Assembly: GCA_043228905.1 (NCBI GenBank)
Contig: JBHGNT010000037.1
Span: 124,001 to 188,000, forward strand
Direction: 5' to 3'
DNA: 64,000 nt
Source: Azolla caroliniana
Lineage: Eukaryota; Plantae; Polypodiophyta
Shown here: piece by piece, positions 11,544 through 24,480 of the stretch
Position numbering within the stretch: the stretch's first letter is position 1
How the letters are laid out: the number at the start of each line of letters is the position of its first letter
The notes under the pieces: model-generated
Told to the model about the DNA's origin: nothing
What the model saw: only the letters and a program-made list of their open reading frames with translations
Databases searched by the model: none
Translations under genes and position numbers: made by a program

Positions 11544-14500
11544 AATAGTTGTGCTAGTTCGCTCGCACTCCTTGTCACGATCCTACGGTCATAGCAAAAA
11601 ATCGAGATTTTGAAACTCAGGTCGAGAGACATGAAAAAATAAGCATATTTGAGGAGGGAGTTGAGAAGAGGTTGTGATTAAATTAAAATGTTCATACCGG
11701 GCTCGTGTGATATCAGATTTTTGTGTTCAAACATGCGAATCGAAGTTAACAACGTTAGCTATGATATTGAATTGAAAATTTTTAATTTTAAAACTGAGGC
11801 CGAGAGACATGAGGAAATTAGCAAATTTGAGGAGGTAGTGCAGAAGAGTGCGTCAGTAAATTAAAATGTTCATACCTGGCACGTGTGATATCGGATTTTT
11901 GTGTTCAAACATCCGAATCGAAGATAACAACGCTAGCTATGATATAGAATTAAATAATCGAGATTTTGAAACTCAGGTCGAGAGACATGAAGAAATTACA
12001 ATATTTGAGGAGGGAGTTGAGAAGAGCTAGTGAGTAAATTAAAATGTTCATACCTGGCTCGTGTGATATCGGATTTTTGTGTTCAAACATGCGAATCGAA
12101 GCTAACAACGCTAGCTATGATATAGAATTAAAAAATCAAGATTTTGAAACTCAGGTCGAGAGACATGAGGAAATTAGCATATTTCAAGAAGGAGTTGAGA
12201 AGAGCCAGTGAGTAAATCAAAATGTTCACACCTGGCTCGTGTGATATCGGATTTTTGTGTTCAAACATGCGAATCGACGCTAACAACGCTAGCTATGATA
12301 TAGAATTAAAATATCAAGATTTTGAAACTCAGATCGAGAGACATGACGAAATTAGCATATTTGAGGAGGGAGTTGAGAAGAGCGTGTGAGTAAATTAAAA
12401 TGGTCATACCTGGCTCGTGTGATATCGGATTTCTGTGTTCAAACATGCGAATCGAAGCTAACAAGGCTAGCTATAATATAGAATTAAAAAATCAAGATTT
12501 TGAAACTCAGGTCGATAGACATGAGAAAATTAGCATATTTGAGGAGGGAGTTGAGAATAGCCAGTGAGTAAATTAAAATGGTCATACCTGGCTCGTGTGA
12601 TATCGGATTTTTGTGTTCAAACATGCGAATCGAAGTTAACTACGCTAGCTTTGATATAGAATTAAAAAATCAAGATTTTGAAACTCACGTCGAGAGACAT
12701 GAGGAAATTAGCATATTTGAGGAGGGAGTTTAGAAGAGCGAGTGAGTAAATTAAAATGGTCACACCTGGCTCGTGTGATATCGGATTTCTGTGTTCAAAC
12801 ATGCGAATCGAAGCTAACAAGGCTAGCTATGATATAGAATTAAAAAATCGAGATTTTGAAACTCAGGTCGAGAGACATGAGGAAATTACCATATTTGAGG
12901 AGGGAGTTGAGAAGAGCCAGTGAGTAAATTAAAATGGTCATACCTGGCTCGTGTGATATCGGATTTCTGTGTTCAAACATACGAATCGAAGTTAACAACG
13001 CTAGCTATGATATTGAATTGAAAATTGATAATTTTAAAACTGAGGCCGAGAGACATGACGAAATTAGCAAATTTGAGGAGGTAGTGGAGAAGAGTGCGTC
13101 AGTAAATTAAAATGGTCATACGTGGCTCGTGTGATATCGGATTTCTGTGTTCAAACATGCGAATCGAAGCTAACAAGGCTAGCTATGACATAGAATTAAA
13201 AAATCGAGATTTTGAAACTCAGGTCGAGAGACATGAGGAAATTCGCATATTTGATGAGGGAGTGGAGAAGAGCCAGTGAGTAAATTAAAATAGTCATACC
13301 TGGCTCGTGTGATATCGGATTTTTGTGTTCAAACATGCGAATCGAAGCTAACAAAGCTAGCTATGATATAGAATTAAAAAATCGAGATTTTGAAACTCAG
13401 GTCGAGAGACATGACGAAATTAACATATTTAAGGAAGGAGTTGAGAAGAGCCAGTGAGTAAATTAAAATGGTCATACCTGGCTCGTGTGATATCGGATTT
13501 CTGTGTTCAAACATGCGAATCGAGGTTAACAACGCTAGCTATGATATTGAATTGAAAAATTAGAATTTTAAAACTGAGGCCGAGAGACATGAGGAAATTA
13601 GCAAATTTGAGGAGGTAGTGGAGAAGAGTGTGTTAGTAAATTAAAATGTTCATACCTGGCACGTGTGATATCGGATTTCTGTGTTCAAACATGCGAATCG
13701 AAGCTAACAACGCTAGCTATGATATAGAATTAAAAAATCAAGATTTTGAAACTCAGGTCGAGAGACATGACGAAATTAACATATTTGAGGAGGGAGTGGA
13801 GAAGAGTGCGTCAGTAAATTAAAATGTTCATACCTGGCTCGTGTGATATCAGATTTTTGTGTTCAAACATGCGAATCAAAGTTAACCATGCTAGCTATGA
13901 TATTGAATTGACAAATTATAATTTTAAAACTGAGGCCGAGAGACATGAGGAAAGTAACAAATTTGAGGAGGTAGTGGAGAAGAGTACGTCAGTAAATTAA
14001 AATGTTCATACCTGGCACGTGTGATATCGGATATTTGTGTTCAAATATGCGAATCGAAGATAACAACGCTAGCTATGATATAGAATTAAAAAATCGAGAT
14101 TTTGAAACTTAGGTCGAGAGACATGACGAAATGGTCATACCTGGCTCGTGTGATATCGGATTTCTGTGTTCAAACATGCAAATCGAAGCTAACAAGGCTA
14201 GCTATGATATAGAATTAAAAAATCGAGATTTTGAAACTGACGTCGAAAGACATGAGGAAATTAGCATGTTGGAGGAGGGAGTTGAGAAGAGCCAGTGAGT
14301 AAATTAAAATGGTCATACCTGGCTCGTGTGATATCGGATTTCTGTGTTCAAACATGCGAATCGAAGCTAACAAGGCTAGCTATGATATAGAATTAAAAAT
14401 CAAGATTTTGAAACGAAAGTCGAGAGACATGAGGAAATTAGCATATTTGAGGAGGGAGTTGAGAAGTGCTAGAGTGTAAATTAAAATGGTCATAGCTGGC

Positions 14501-17500
14501 TCGTGTGATATCGGATTTATGTGTTCAAACATGCGACTCGAAGATAACAACGCTAGCTATGATATAGAATTAGAAGATCGCGATTTTGAAACTCAGGTCG
14601 AGAGATATGACAAAATTAACATATTTAAGGAGGGAGTTGAGAAGAGCCAGTAAGTAAATTAAAATGGTCATGCCTGGCTCGTGTGATATCGGATTTCTGT
14701 GTTCAAACATGCGAATCGAAGCTAACAAGGCTAGCTATGATATAGAATTAAAAAATCGAGATTTTGAAACTCAGGTCGAGAGACATGAGGAAATTAGCAT
14801 ATTTGAGGAGGGAGTTGAGAAGAGCGAGTGAGTAAATTAAAATAGTCATACCTAGCTCGTGTAATATCGGATTTTTGTGTTCAAACATGCGAATCGGAGC
14901 TAACAACGCTAGCTTTGATATAGAATTTAAAAATCAAGATTTTGAAACTCACGTCGAAAGACATGCCGAAATTAGCATATTTCAGGAGGTAGTTGAGAAG
15001 AGCCAGTGAGTAAATTAAAATGGTCATACGTGGCTCGTGTGATATCGGATTTCTGTGTTCAAACATGCGAATCGAAGCTAACAAGGCTAGCTATGACATA
15101 GAATTAAAAAATCGAGATTTTGAAACTCAGTTCGAGAGACATGAGGAAATTAGCATATTTGAGGAGGGAGTAGAGAAGAGCCAGTGAGTAAATTAAAATG
15201 GTCATACCTGGCTCGTGTGATATCGGATTTTTGTGTTCAAACATGCGAATCGAAGATAACTACGCTAGCTTTGATATAGAATTAAAAAATCAAGATTTTG
15301 AAACTCACGTCGAGAGACATGAGGAAATTAGCATGTTGGAGGAGGGAGTTGAGAAGAGCGAGTGAGTAAATTAAAATGGTCACACCTGGCTCGTGTGATA
15401 TCGGATTTCTGTGTTCAAACATGCGAATCGAAGCTAACAAGGCTAGCTATGATATAGAATTAAAAAATCGAGATTTTGAAACTCAGTTCGAGAGACATGA
15501 AAAAATTAACATATTTGAGGAGGGAGTTGAGAAGAGCCAGTGAGTAAATTAAAATGGTCATACCTGGCTCGTGTGATATCGGATTTCTGTGTTCAAACAT
15601 GCGAATCGAAGTTAACAACGCTAGCTATGATATTGAATTGAAAATTCATAATTTTAAAACTGAGGCCGAGAGACATGACGAAATTAGTAAATTTTGAGGA
15701 GGTAGTGGAGAAGAGTGCGTCAGTTAATTAAAATGGTCATACGTGGCTCGTGTGATATCGGATTTCGGTGTTCAAACATGCGAATCGAAGCTAACAAGGC
15801 TAGGTATGACATAGAATTAAAAAATCGAGATTTTCAAACTCAGGTCAAGAGACATGAGGAAATTCGCATATTTGAGGATGGAGTGGAGAAGAGCCAGTGA
15901 GTAAATTAAAATAATCATACCTGGCTCGTGTGATATCGGATTTTTGTGTTTAAAAATGCGAACCGAAGCTAACAAAGCTAGCTATGATATAGAATTAAAA
16001 AATCGAGATTTGGAAACTCAGGTCGAGAGACATGACGAAATTAACATATTTAAGGAAGGAGTTGAGAAGAGCCAGTGAGTAAATTAAAATGGTCATACCT
16101 GGCTCGTGTGATATCGGATTTCTGTGTTCAAACATGCGAATCGAGGTTAACAACGCTAGCTATGATATTGAATTGAAAAATTAGAATTTTAAAACTGAGG
16201 CCGAGAGACATGAGGAAATTAGCAAATTTGAGGAGGTAGTGGAGAAGAGTGTGTGAGTAAATTAAAATGTTCATACCTGGCACGTGTGATATCGGATTTC
16301 TGTGTTCAAACATGCGAATCGAAGCTAACAACGCTAGCTATGATATAGAATTAAAAAATCAAGATTTTGAAACTGACGTCGAAAGACATGAGGAAATTAG
16401 CATGTTGGAGGAGGGAGTTGAGAAGAGTGCGTCAGTAAATTAAAATGTTCATACCTGGCTCGTGTGATATCAGATTTTTGTGTTCAAACATGCGAATCAA
16501 AGTTAACCATGCTAGCTATGATATTGAATTGACAAATTATAATTTTAAAACTGAGGCCGAGAGACATGAGGAAAGTAACAAATTTGAGGAGGTAGTGGAG
16601 AAGAGTACGTCAGTAAATTAAAATGTTCATACCTGGCACGTGTGATATCGGATATTTGTGTTCAAACATGCGAATCGAAGATAACAACGCTAGCTATGAT
16701 ATAGAATTAAAATATCAAGATTTTGAAACTTAGGTCGAGAGACATGACGAAATTAACATATTTAAGGAGGGAGTTAAGAAGAGCCAGTGAGTAAATTAAA
16801 ATGGTCATACCTGGCTCGTGTGATATCGGATTTCTGTGTTCAAACATGCAAATCGAAGCTAACAAGGCTAGCTATGATATAGAATTAAAAAATCGAGATT
16901 TTGAAACTCAGGTCGAGAGACATGAGGAAATTAGCATATTTGAGGAGGGAGTTGAGAAGAGCGAGTGAGTAAATTAAAATGGTCATACCTGGCTCGTGTA
17001 ATATCGGATTTTTGTGTTCAAACATGCGAATCGGAGCTAACAACGCTAGCTTTGATATAGAATTTAAAAATCAAGATTTTGAAACTCACGTCGAAAGACA
17101 TGCCGAAATTAGCATATTTCAGGAGGGAGTTGAGAAGAGCCAGTGAGTAAATTAAAATGGTCATACGTGGCTCGTGTGATAACGGATTTCTGTGTTCAAA
17201 CATGCGAATCGAAGCTAACAAGGCTAGCTATGACATAGAATTAAAAAATCGAGATTTTGAAACTCAGTTCGAGAGACATGAGGAAATTAGCATATTTGAG
17301 GAGGGAGTAGAGAAGTGCTAGTGTGTAAATTAAAATGGTCATAGCTGGCTCGTGTGATATCGGATTTATGTGTTCAAACATGCGACTCGAAGATAACGAC
17401 GCTAGCTATGATATAGAATTAGAAGATCGAGATTTTGAAACTCAGGTCGAGAGATATGACAAAATTAACATATTTAAGGAGGGAGTTGAGAAGAGCCAGT

Positions 17501-20500
17501 AAGTAAATTAAAATGGTCATGCCTGGCTCGTGTGATATCGGATTTCTGTGTTCAAACATGCGAATCGAAGCTAACAAGGCTAGCTATGATATAGAATTAA
17601 AAAATCGAGATTTTGAAACTCAGGTCGAGAGACATGAGGAGGGAGTTGAGAAGAGCGAGTGAGTAAATTAAAATAGTCATACCTAGCTCGTGTAATATCG
17701 GATTTTTGTGTTCAAACATACGAATCGGAGCTAACAACGCTAGCTTTGATATAGAATTAAAAAATCGAGATTTTGAAACTCAGTTCGAGAGACATGAGGA
17801 AATTAGCATATTTGAGGAGGGAGTAGAGAAGAGCCAGTGAGTAAATTAAAATGGTCATACCTGGCTCGTGTGATATCGGATTTTTGTGTTCAAACATGCG
17901 AATCGAAGCTAACTACGCTAGCTTTGCTATAGAATTAAAAAATCAAGATTTTGAAACTCACGTTGAGAGACATGAGGAAATTAGCATGTTGGAGGTAGTG
18001 GAGAAGAGTGTGTCAGTAAACTTAAATGTTCATACCTGGCACGTGTGATATCGGATTTCTGTGTTCAAACATGCGAATCGAAGCTAACAACGCTAGCTAT
18101 GATATAGAATTAAAAAATCAAGATTTTGAAACTCAAGTCGAGAGACATGACGAAATTAACATATTTGAGGAGGGAGTGGAGAAGAGTGCGTCAGGAAATT
18201 AAAATGTTCATACCTGGCTCGTGTGATATCAGATTTTTGTGTTCAAACATGCGAATCAAAGTTAACCATGCTAGCTATGATATTGAATTGACAAATTATA
18301 ATTTTAAAACTGAGGCCGAGAGACATGAGGAAAGTAACAAATTTGAGGAGGTATTGGAGAAGAGTACGTCAGTAAATTAAAATGTTCATACCTGGCACGT
18401 GTGATATCGGATATTTGTGTTCAAACATGCGAATCGAAGATAACAACGCTAGGTATGATATAGAATTAAAAAATCAAGATTTTGAAACTCAGGTCGAGAG
18501 ACATGACGAAATTAACACATTTGAGGAGGGAGTGGAGAAGAGTGCGTCAGGAAATTAAAATGTTCATACCTGGCTCGTGTGATTTCAGATTTTTGTGTTC
18601 AAACATGCGAATCAAAGTTAACCATGCTAGCTATGATATTGAATTGACAAATTATAATTTTAAAACTGAGGCCGAGAGACATGAGGAAAGTAACAAATTT
18701 GAGGAGGTAGTGGAGAAGAGTACGTCAGTAAATTAAAATGTTCATACCTGGCACGTGTGATATCGGATATTTGTGTTCAAACATGCGAATCGAAGATAAC
18801 AACGCTAGGTATGATATAGAATTAAAAAATCGAGATTTTGAAACTTAGGTCGAGAGACATGACGAAATTAACATATTTAAGGAGGGAGTTGAGAAGAGCC
18901 AGTGAGTAAATTAAAATGTTCATACCTGGCTCGTGTGATATCGGATTTTTGTGTTCAAACATGCGAATCGAAGCTAACTACGCTAGCTTTGCTATAGAAT
19001 TAAAAAATCAAGATTTTGAAACTCACGTTGAGAGACATGAGGAAATTAGCATGTTGGAGGTAGTGGAGAAGAGTGTGTCAGTAAACTTAAATGTTCATAC
19101 CTGGCACGTGTGATATCGGATTTCTGTGTTCAAACATGCGAATCGAAGCTAACAACGCTAGCTATGATATAGAATTAAAAAATCAAGATTTTGAAACTCA
19201 AGTCGAGAGACATGACGAAATTAACATATTTGAGGAGGGAGTGGAGAAGAGTGCGTCAGGAAATTAAAATGTTCATACCTGGCTCGTGTGATATCAGATT
19301 TTTGTGTTCAAACATGCGAATCAAAGTTAACCATGCTAGCTATGATATTGAATTGACAAATTATAATTTTAAAACTGAGGCCGAGAGACATGAGGAAAGT
19401 AACAAATTTGAGGAGGTAGTGGAGAAGAGTGCGTCAGTAAATTAAAATGTTCATACCTGGCACGTGTGATATCGGATATTTGTGTTCAAACATGCGAATC
19501 GAAGATAACAACGCTAGGTATGATATAGAATTAAAAAATCAAGATTTTGAAACTTAGGTCGAGAGACATGACGAAATTAACATATTTAAGGAGGGAGTTG
19601 AGAAGAGCCAGTGAGTAAATTAAAATGGTCATACCTGGCTCGTGTGATATCGGATTTCTGTGTTCAAACATGCGAATCGAAGCTAACAAGGTTAGCTATG
19701 ACATAGAATTAAAAAATCGAGATTTTGAAACTCAGTTCGAGAGACATGAGGAAATTAGCATATTTGAGGAGGGAGTAGAGAAGAGCCAGTGAGTAAATTA
19801 AAATGGTCATACCTGGTTCGTGTGATATCGGATTTTTGTGTTCAAACATGCGAATCGAAGCTAACTACGCCAGCTTTGATATACAATTAAAAAATCAAGA
19901 TTTTGAAACTCACGTCGAGAGACATGAGGAAATTAGCATGTTGGAGGAGGGAGTTGAGAAGAGCCAGTGAGTAAATTAAAATGGTCATACCTGGCTTGTG
20001 TGATATCGGATTTCTGTGTTCAAACATGCGAATCGAAGTTAACAACGCTAGCTATGATATTGAATTGAAAATTGAAAATTTTAAAACTGAGCCCGAGAGA
20101 CATGACGAAATTAGCAAATTTGAGGAGGTAGTGGAGAAGAGTGCGTCAGTAAATTAAAATGGTCATACGTGGCTCGTGTGATATCGGATTTCTGTGTTCA
20201 AATATGCGAATCGAAGCTAACAAGGCTAGCTATGACATAGAATTAAAAAATCGAGATTTTGAAACTCAGGTCCAGAGACATGAGGAAATTCGCATATTTC
20301 AGGAGGGAGTGGAGAAGAGCCAGTGAGTAAATTAAAATAGTCATACCTGGCTCGTGTGATATCGGATTTTTGTGTTCAAACATGCGAATCGAAGCTAAAA
20401 AAGCTAGCTATGATATAGAATTAAAAAATCGAGATTTTGAAACTCAGGTCGAGAGACATGACGAAATTAGCATATTTGAGGAGGGCGTTGAGAAGAGCGT

Positions 20501-21249
20501 GTGAGTAAATTAAAATGGTCATACCTGGCTCGTGTGATATCGGATTTCTGTGTTCAAACATGCGAATCGAAGCTAACAAGGCTAGCTATGATATAGAATT
20601 AAAAAATAGAGATTTTGAAACTCAGTTCGAGAGACATGAAAAAATTAACATATTTGAGGAGGGAGTTGAGAAGAGCCAGTGAGTAAATTAAAATGGTCAT
20701 ACCTGGCTCGTGTGATATCGGATTTCTGTGTTCAAACATGCGAATCGAAGTTAACAACGCTAGCTATGATATTGAATTGAAAATTCATAATTTTAAAATT
20801 GAGGGCGAGAGACATGACGAAATTAGCAAATTTGAGGAGGTAGTGGAGAAGAGTGCGTCAGTAAATTAAAATGGTCATACGTGGCTCGTGTGATATCGGA
20901 TTTCGGTGTTCAAACATGTGAATCGAAGCTAACAAGGCTAGCTATGACATAGAATTAAAAAATCGAGATTTTGAAACTCAGTTCGAGAGACATGAAAAAA
21001 TTAACATATTTGAGGAGGGAGTTGAGAAGAGCCAGTGAGTAAATTAAAATGGTCATACCTGGCTTGTGTGATATCGGATTTCTGTGTTCAAACATGCGAA
21101 TCGAAGTTAACAACGCTAGCTATGATATTGAATTGAAAATTGAAAATTTTAAAACTGAGCCCGAGAGACATCACGAAATTAGCAAATTTGAGGAGGTAGT
21201 GGAGAAGAGTGCGTAAGTAAATTAAAATGGTCATACGTGGCTCGTGTGA

Positions 21250-24200
21250 TATCGGATTTCTGTGTTCAAACATGCGAATCGAAGCTAACAAGGCTAGCTA
21301 TGACATAGAATTAAAAAATCGAGATTTTGAAACTCAGGTCCAGAGACATGAGGAAATTCGCATATTTCAGGAGGGAGTGGAGAAGAGCCAGTGAGTAAAT
21401 TAAAATAGTCATACCTGGCTCGTGTGATATCGGATTTTTGTGTTCAAACATGCGAATCGAAGCTAAAAAAGCTAGCTATGATATAGAATTAAAAAATCGA
21501 GATTTTGAAACTCAGGTCGAGAGACATGACGAAATTAGCATATTTGAGGAGGGCGTTGAGAAGAGCGTGTGAGTAAATTAAAATGGTCATACCTGGCTCG
21601 TGTGATATCGGATTTCTGTGTTCAAACATGCGAATCGAAGCTAACAAGGCTAGCTATGATATAGAATTAAAAAATCGAGATTTTGAAACTCAGTTCGAGA
21701 GACATGAAAAAATTAACATATTTGAGGAGGGAGTTGAGAAGAGCCAGTGAGTAAATTAATATGGTCATACCTGGCTCGTGTGATATCGGATTTCTGTGTT
21801 CAAACATGCGAATCGAAGTTAACAAGGCTAGCTATGACATAGAATTAAAAAATCGAGATTTTGAAACTCAGTTCGAGAGACATGAGGAAATTAGCATATT
21901 TGAGGAGGGAGTAGAGAAGAGCCAGTGAGTAAATTAAAATGGTCATACCTGGCTCGTGTGATATCGGATTTTTGTGTTCAAACATGCGAATCGAAGCTAA
22001 CTACGCTAGCTTTGCTATAGAATTAAAAAATCAAGATTTTGAAACTCACGTTGAGAGACATGAGGAAATTAGCATGTTGGAGGTAGTGGAGAAGAGTGTG
22101 TCAGTAAACTTAAATGTTCATACCTGGCACGTGTGATATCGGATTTCTGTGTTCAAACATGCGAATCGAAGCTAACAACGCTAGCTATGATATAGAATTA
22201 AAAAATCAAGATTTTGAAACTCAGGTCGAGAGACATGACGAAATTAACACATTTGAGGAGGGAGTGGAGAAGAGTGCGTCAGGAAATTAAAATGTTCATA
22301 CCTGGCTCGTGTGATATCAGATTTTTGTGTTCAAACATGCGAATCAAAGTTAACCATGCTAGCTATGATATTGAATTGACAAATTATAATTTTAAAACTG
22401 AGGCCGAGAGACATGAGGAAAGTAACAAATTTGAGGAGGTAGTGGAGAAGAGTACGTCAGTAAATTAAAATGTTCATACCTGGCACGTGTGATATCGGAT
22501 ATTTGTGTTCAAACATGCGAATCGAAAATAACAACGCTAGGTATGATATAGAATTAAAAAATCGAGATTTTGAAACTTAGGTCGAGAGACATGACGAAAT
22601 TAACATATTTAAGGAGGGAGTTGAGAAGAGCCAGTGAGTAAATTAAAATGTTCATACCTGGCTCGTGTGATATCGGATTTTTGTGTTCAAACATGCGAAT
22701 CGAAGCTAACTACGCTAGCTTTGCTATAGAATTAAAAAATCAAGATTTTGAAACTCACGTTGAGAGACATGAGGAAATTAGCATGTTGGAGGTAGTGGAG
22801 AAGAGTGTGTCAGTAAACTTAAATGTTCATACCTGGCACGTGTGATATCGGATTTCTGTGTTCAAACATGCGAATCGAAGCTAACAAGGCTAGCTATGAC
22901 ATAGAATTAAAAAATCGAGATTTTGAAACTCAGGTCCAGAGACATGAGGAAATTCGCATATTTCAGGAGGGAGTGGAGAAGAGCCAGTGAGTAAATTAAA
23001 ATAGTCATACCTGGCTCGTGTGATATCGGATTTTTGTGTTCAAACATGCGAATCGAAGCTAAAAAAGCTAGCTATGATATAGAATTAAAAAATCGAGATT
23101 TTGAAACTCAGGTCGAGAGACATGACGAAATTAGCATATTTGAGGAGGGCGTTGAGAAGAGCGTGTGAGTAAATTAAAATGGTCATACCTGGCTCGTGTG
23201 ATATCGGATTTCTGTGTTCAAACATGCGAATCGAAGCTAACAAGGCTAGCTATGATATAGAATTAAAAAATCGAGATTTTGAAACTCAGTTCGAGAGACA
23301 TGAAAAAATTAACATATTTGAGGAGGGAGTTGAGAAGAGCCAGTGAGTAAATTAATATGGTCATACCTGGCTCGTGTGATATCGGATTTCTGTGTTCAAA
23401 CATGCGAATCGAAGTTAACAAGGCTAGCTATGACATAGAATTAAAAAATCGAGATTTTGAAACTCAGTTCGAGAGACATGAGGAAATTAGCATATTTGAG
23501 GAGGGAGTAGAGAAGAGCCAGTGAGTAAATTAAAATGGTCATACCTGGCTCGTGTGATATCGGATTTTTGTGTTCAAACATGCGAATCGAAGCTAACTAC
23601 GCTAGCTTTGCTATAGAATTAAAAAATCAAGATTTTGAAACTCACGTTGAGAGACATGAGGAAATTAGCATGTTGGAGGTAGTGGAGAAGAGTGTGTCAG
23701 TAAACTTAAATGTTCATACCTGGCACGTGTGATATCGGATTTCTGTGTTCAAACATGCGAATCGAAGCTAACAACGCTAGCTATGATATAGAATTAAAAA
23801 ATCAAGATTTTGAAACTCAGGTCGAGAGACATGACGAAATTAACACATTTGAGGAGGGAGTGGAGAAGAGTGCGTCAGGAAATTAAAATGTTCATACCTG
23901 GCTCGTGTGATATCAGATTTTTGTGTTCAAACATGCGAATCAAAGTTAACCATGCTAGCTATGATATTGAATTGACAAATTATAATTTTAAAACTGAGGC
24001 CGAGAGACATGAGGAAAGTAACAAATTTGAGGAGGTAGTGGAGAAGAGTACGTCAGTAAATTAAAATGTTCATACCTGGCACGTGTGATATCGGATATTT
24101 GTGTTCAAACATGCGAATCGAAAATAACAACGCTAGGTATGATATAGAATTAAAAAATCGAGATTTTGAAACTTAGGTCGAGAGACATGACGAAATTAAC

Positions 24201-24480
24201 ATATTTAAGGAGGGAGTTGAGAAGAGCCAGTGAGTAAATTAAAATGTTCATACCTGGCTCGTGTGATATCGGATTTTTGTGTTCAAACATGCGAATCGAA
24301 GCTAACTACGCTAGCTTTGCTATAGAATTAAAAAATCAAGATTTTGAAACTCACGTTGAGAGACATGAGGAAATTAGCATGTTGGAGGTAGTGGAGAAGA
24401 GTGTGTCAGTAAACTTAAATGTTCATACCTGGCACGTGTGATATCGGATTTCTGTGTTCAAACATGCGAATCGAAGCTAA
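21250..24480 (+). repeat. Tandem 9-monomer higher-order repeat x2 (1,596-bp period; boundaries approximate)
   Basis: Marker ORFs 21939/23535, 22214/23810 and 22648/24244, and the CAGGTCCAG variant at 21335/22931, are all offset by 1,596 = 9x178-6. Confidence 0.8.

Larger units (their letters stand above)
9522..11595 (+). mobile_element. 5'-truncated Penelope-like retroelement (PLE) inserted in a satellite monomer
   Basis: Satellite stops at ...AACAAGGCTA (9521) and resumes at AAAAAATCGAGATTTT (11596). The intervening unique, G-poor sequence encodes a PLE-type RT and carries a hammerhead ribozyme in its 3' non-coding part, which is a known PLE hallmark. No LTR pair, TIR or TSD. Confidence 0.92.

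Noticed and set aside
11358-11548. Retained intron (AAG|GTCTTT...polypyrimidine...AATAG) like the Penelope pLTR intron
   Set aside because: The donor is a poor match to consensus and overlaps ribozyme stem I. It cannot be supported without transcript data.
11070-11595. Frameshifted or degenerate GIY-YIG endonuclease downstream of the RT stop
   Set aside because: The region is low-complexity C/T-rich sequence with a microsatellite and a ribozyme. No ORF or GIY/YIG-like or Cys-rich motif is visible.
9505-11612. Target-site duplication, LTR pair, terminal inverted repeats or poly(A) tail
   Set aside because: The flanks are non-overlapping parts of one monomer with 16 bp missing. The six A's at 11596-11601 equal the normal satellite A-run. 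No second copy of the 3' region precedes the ORF.
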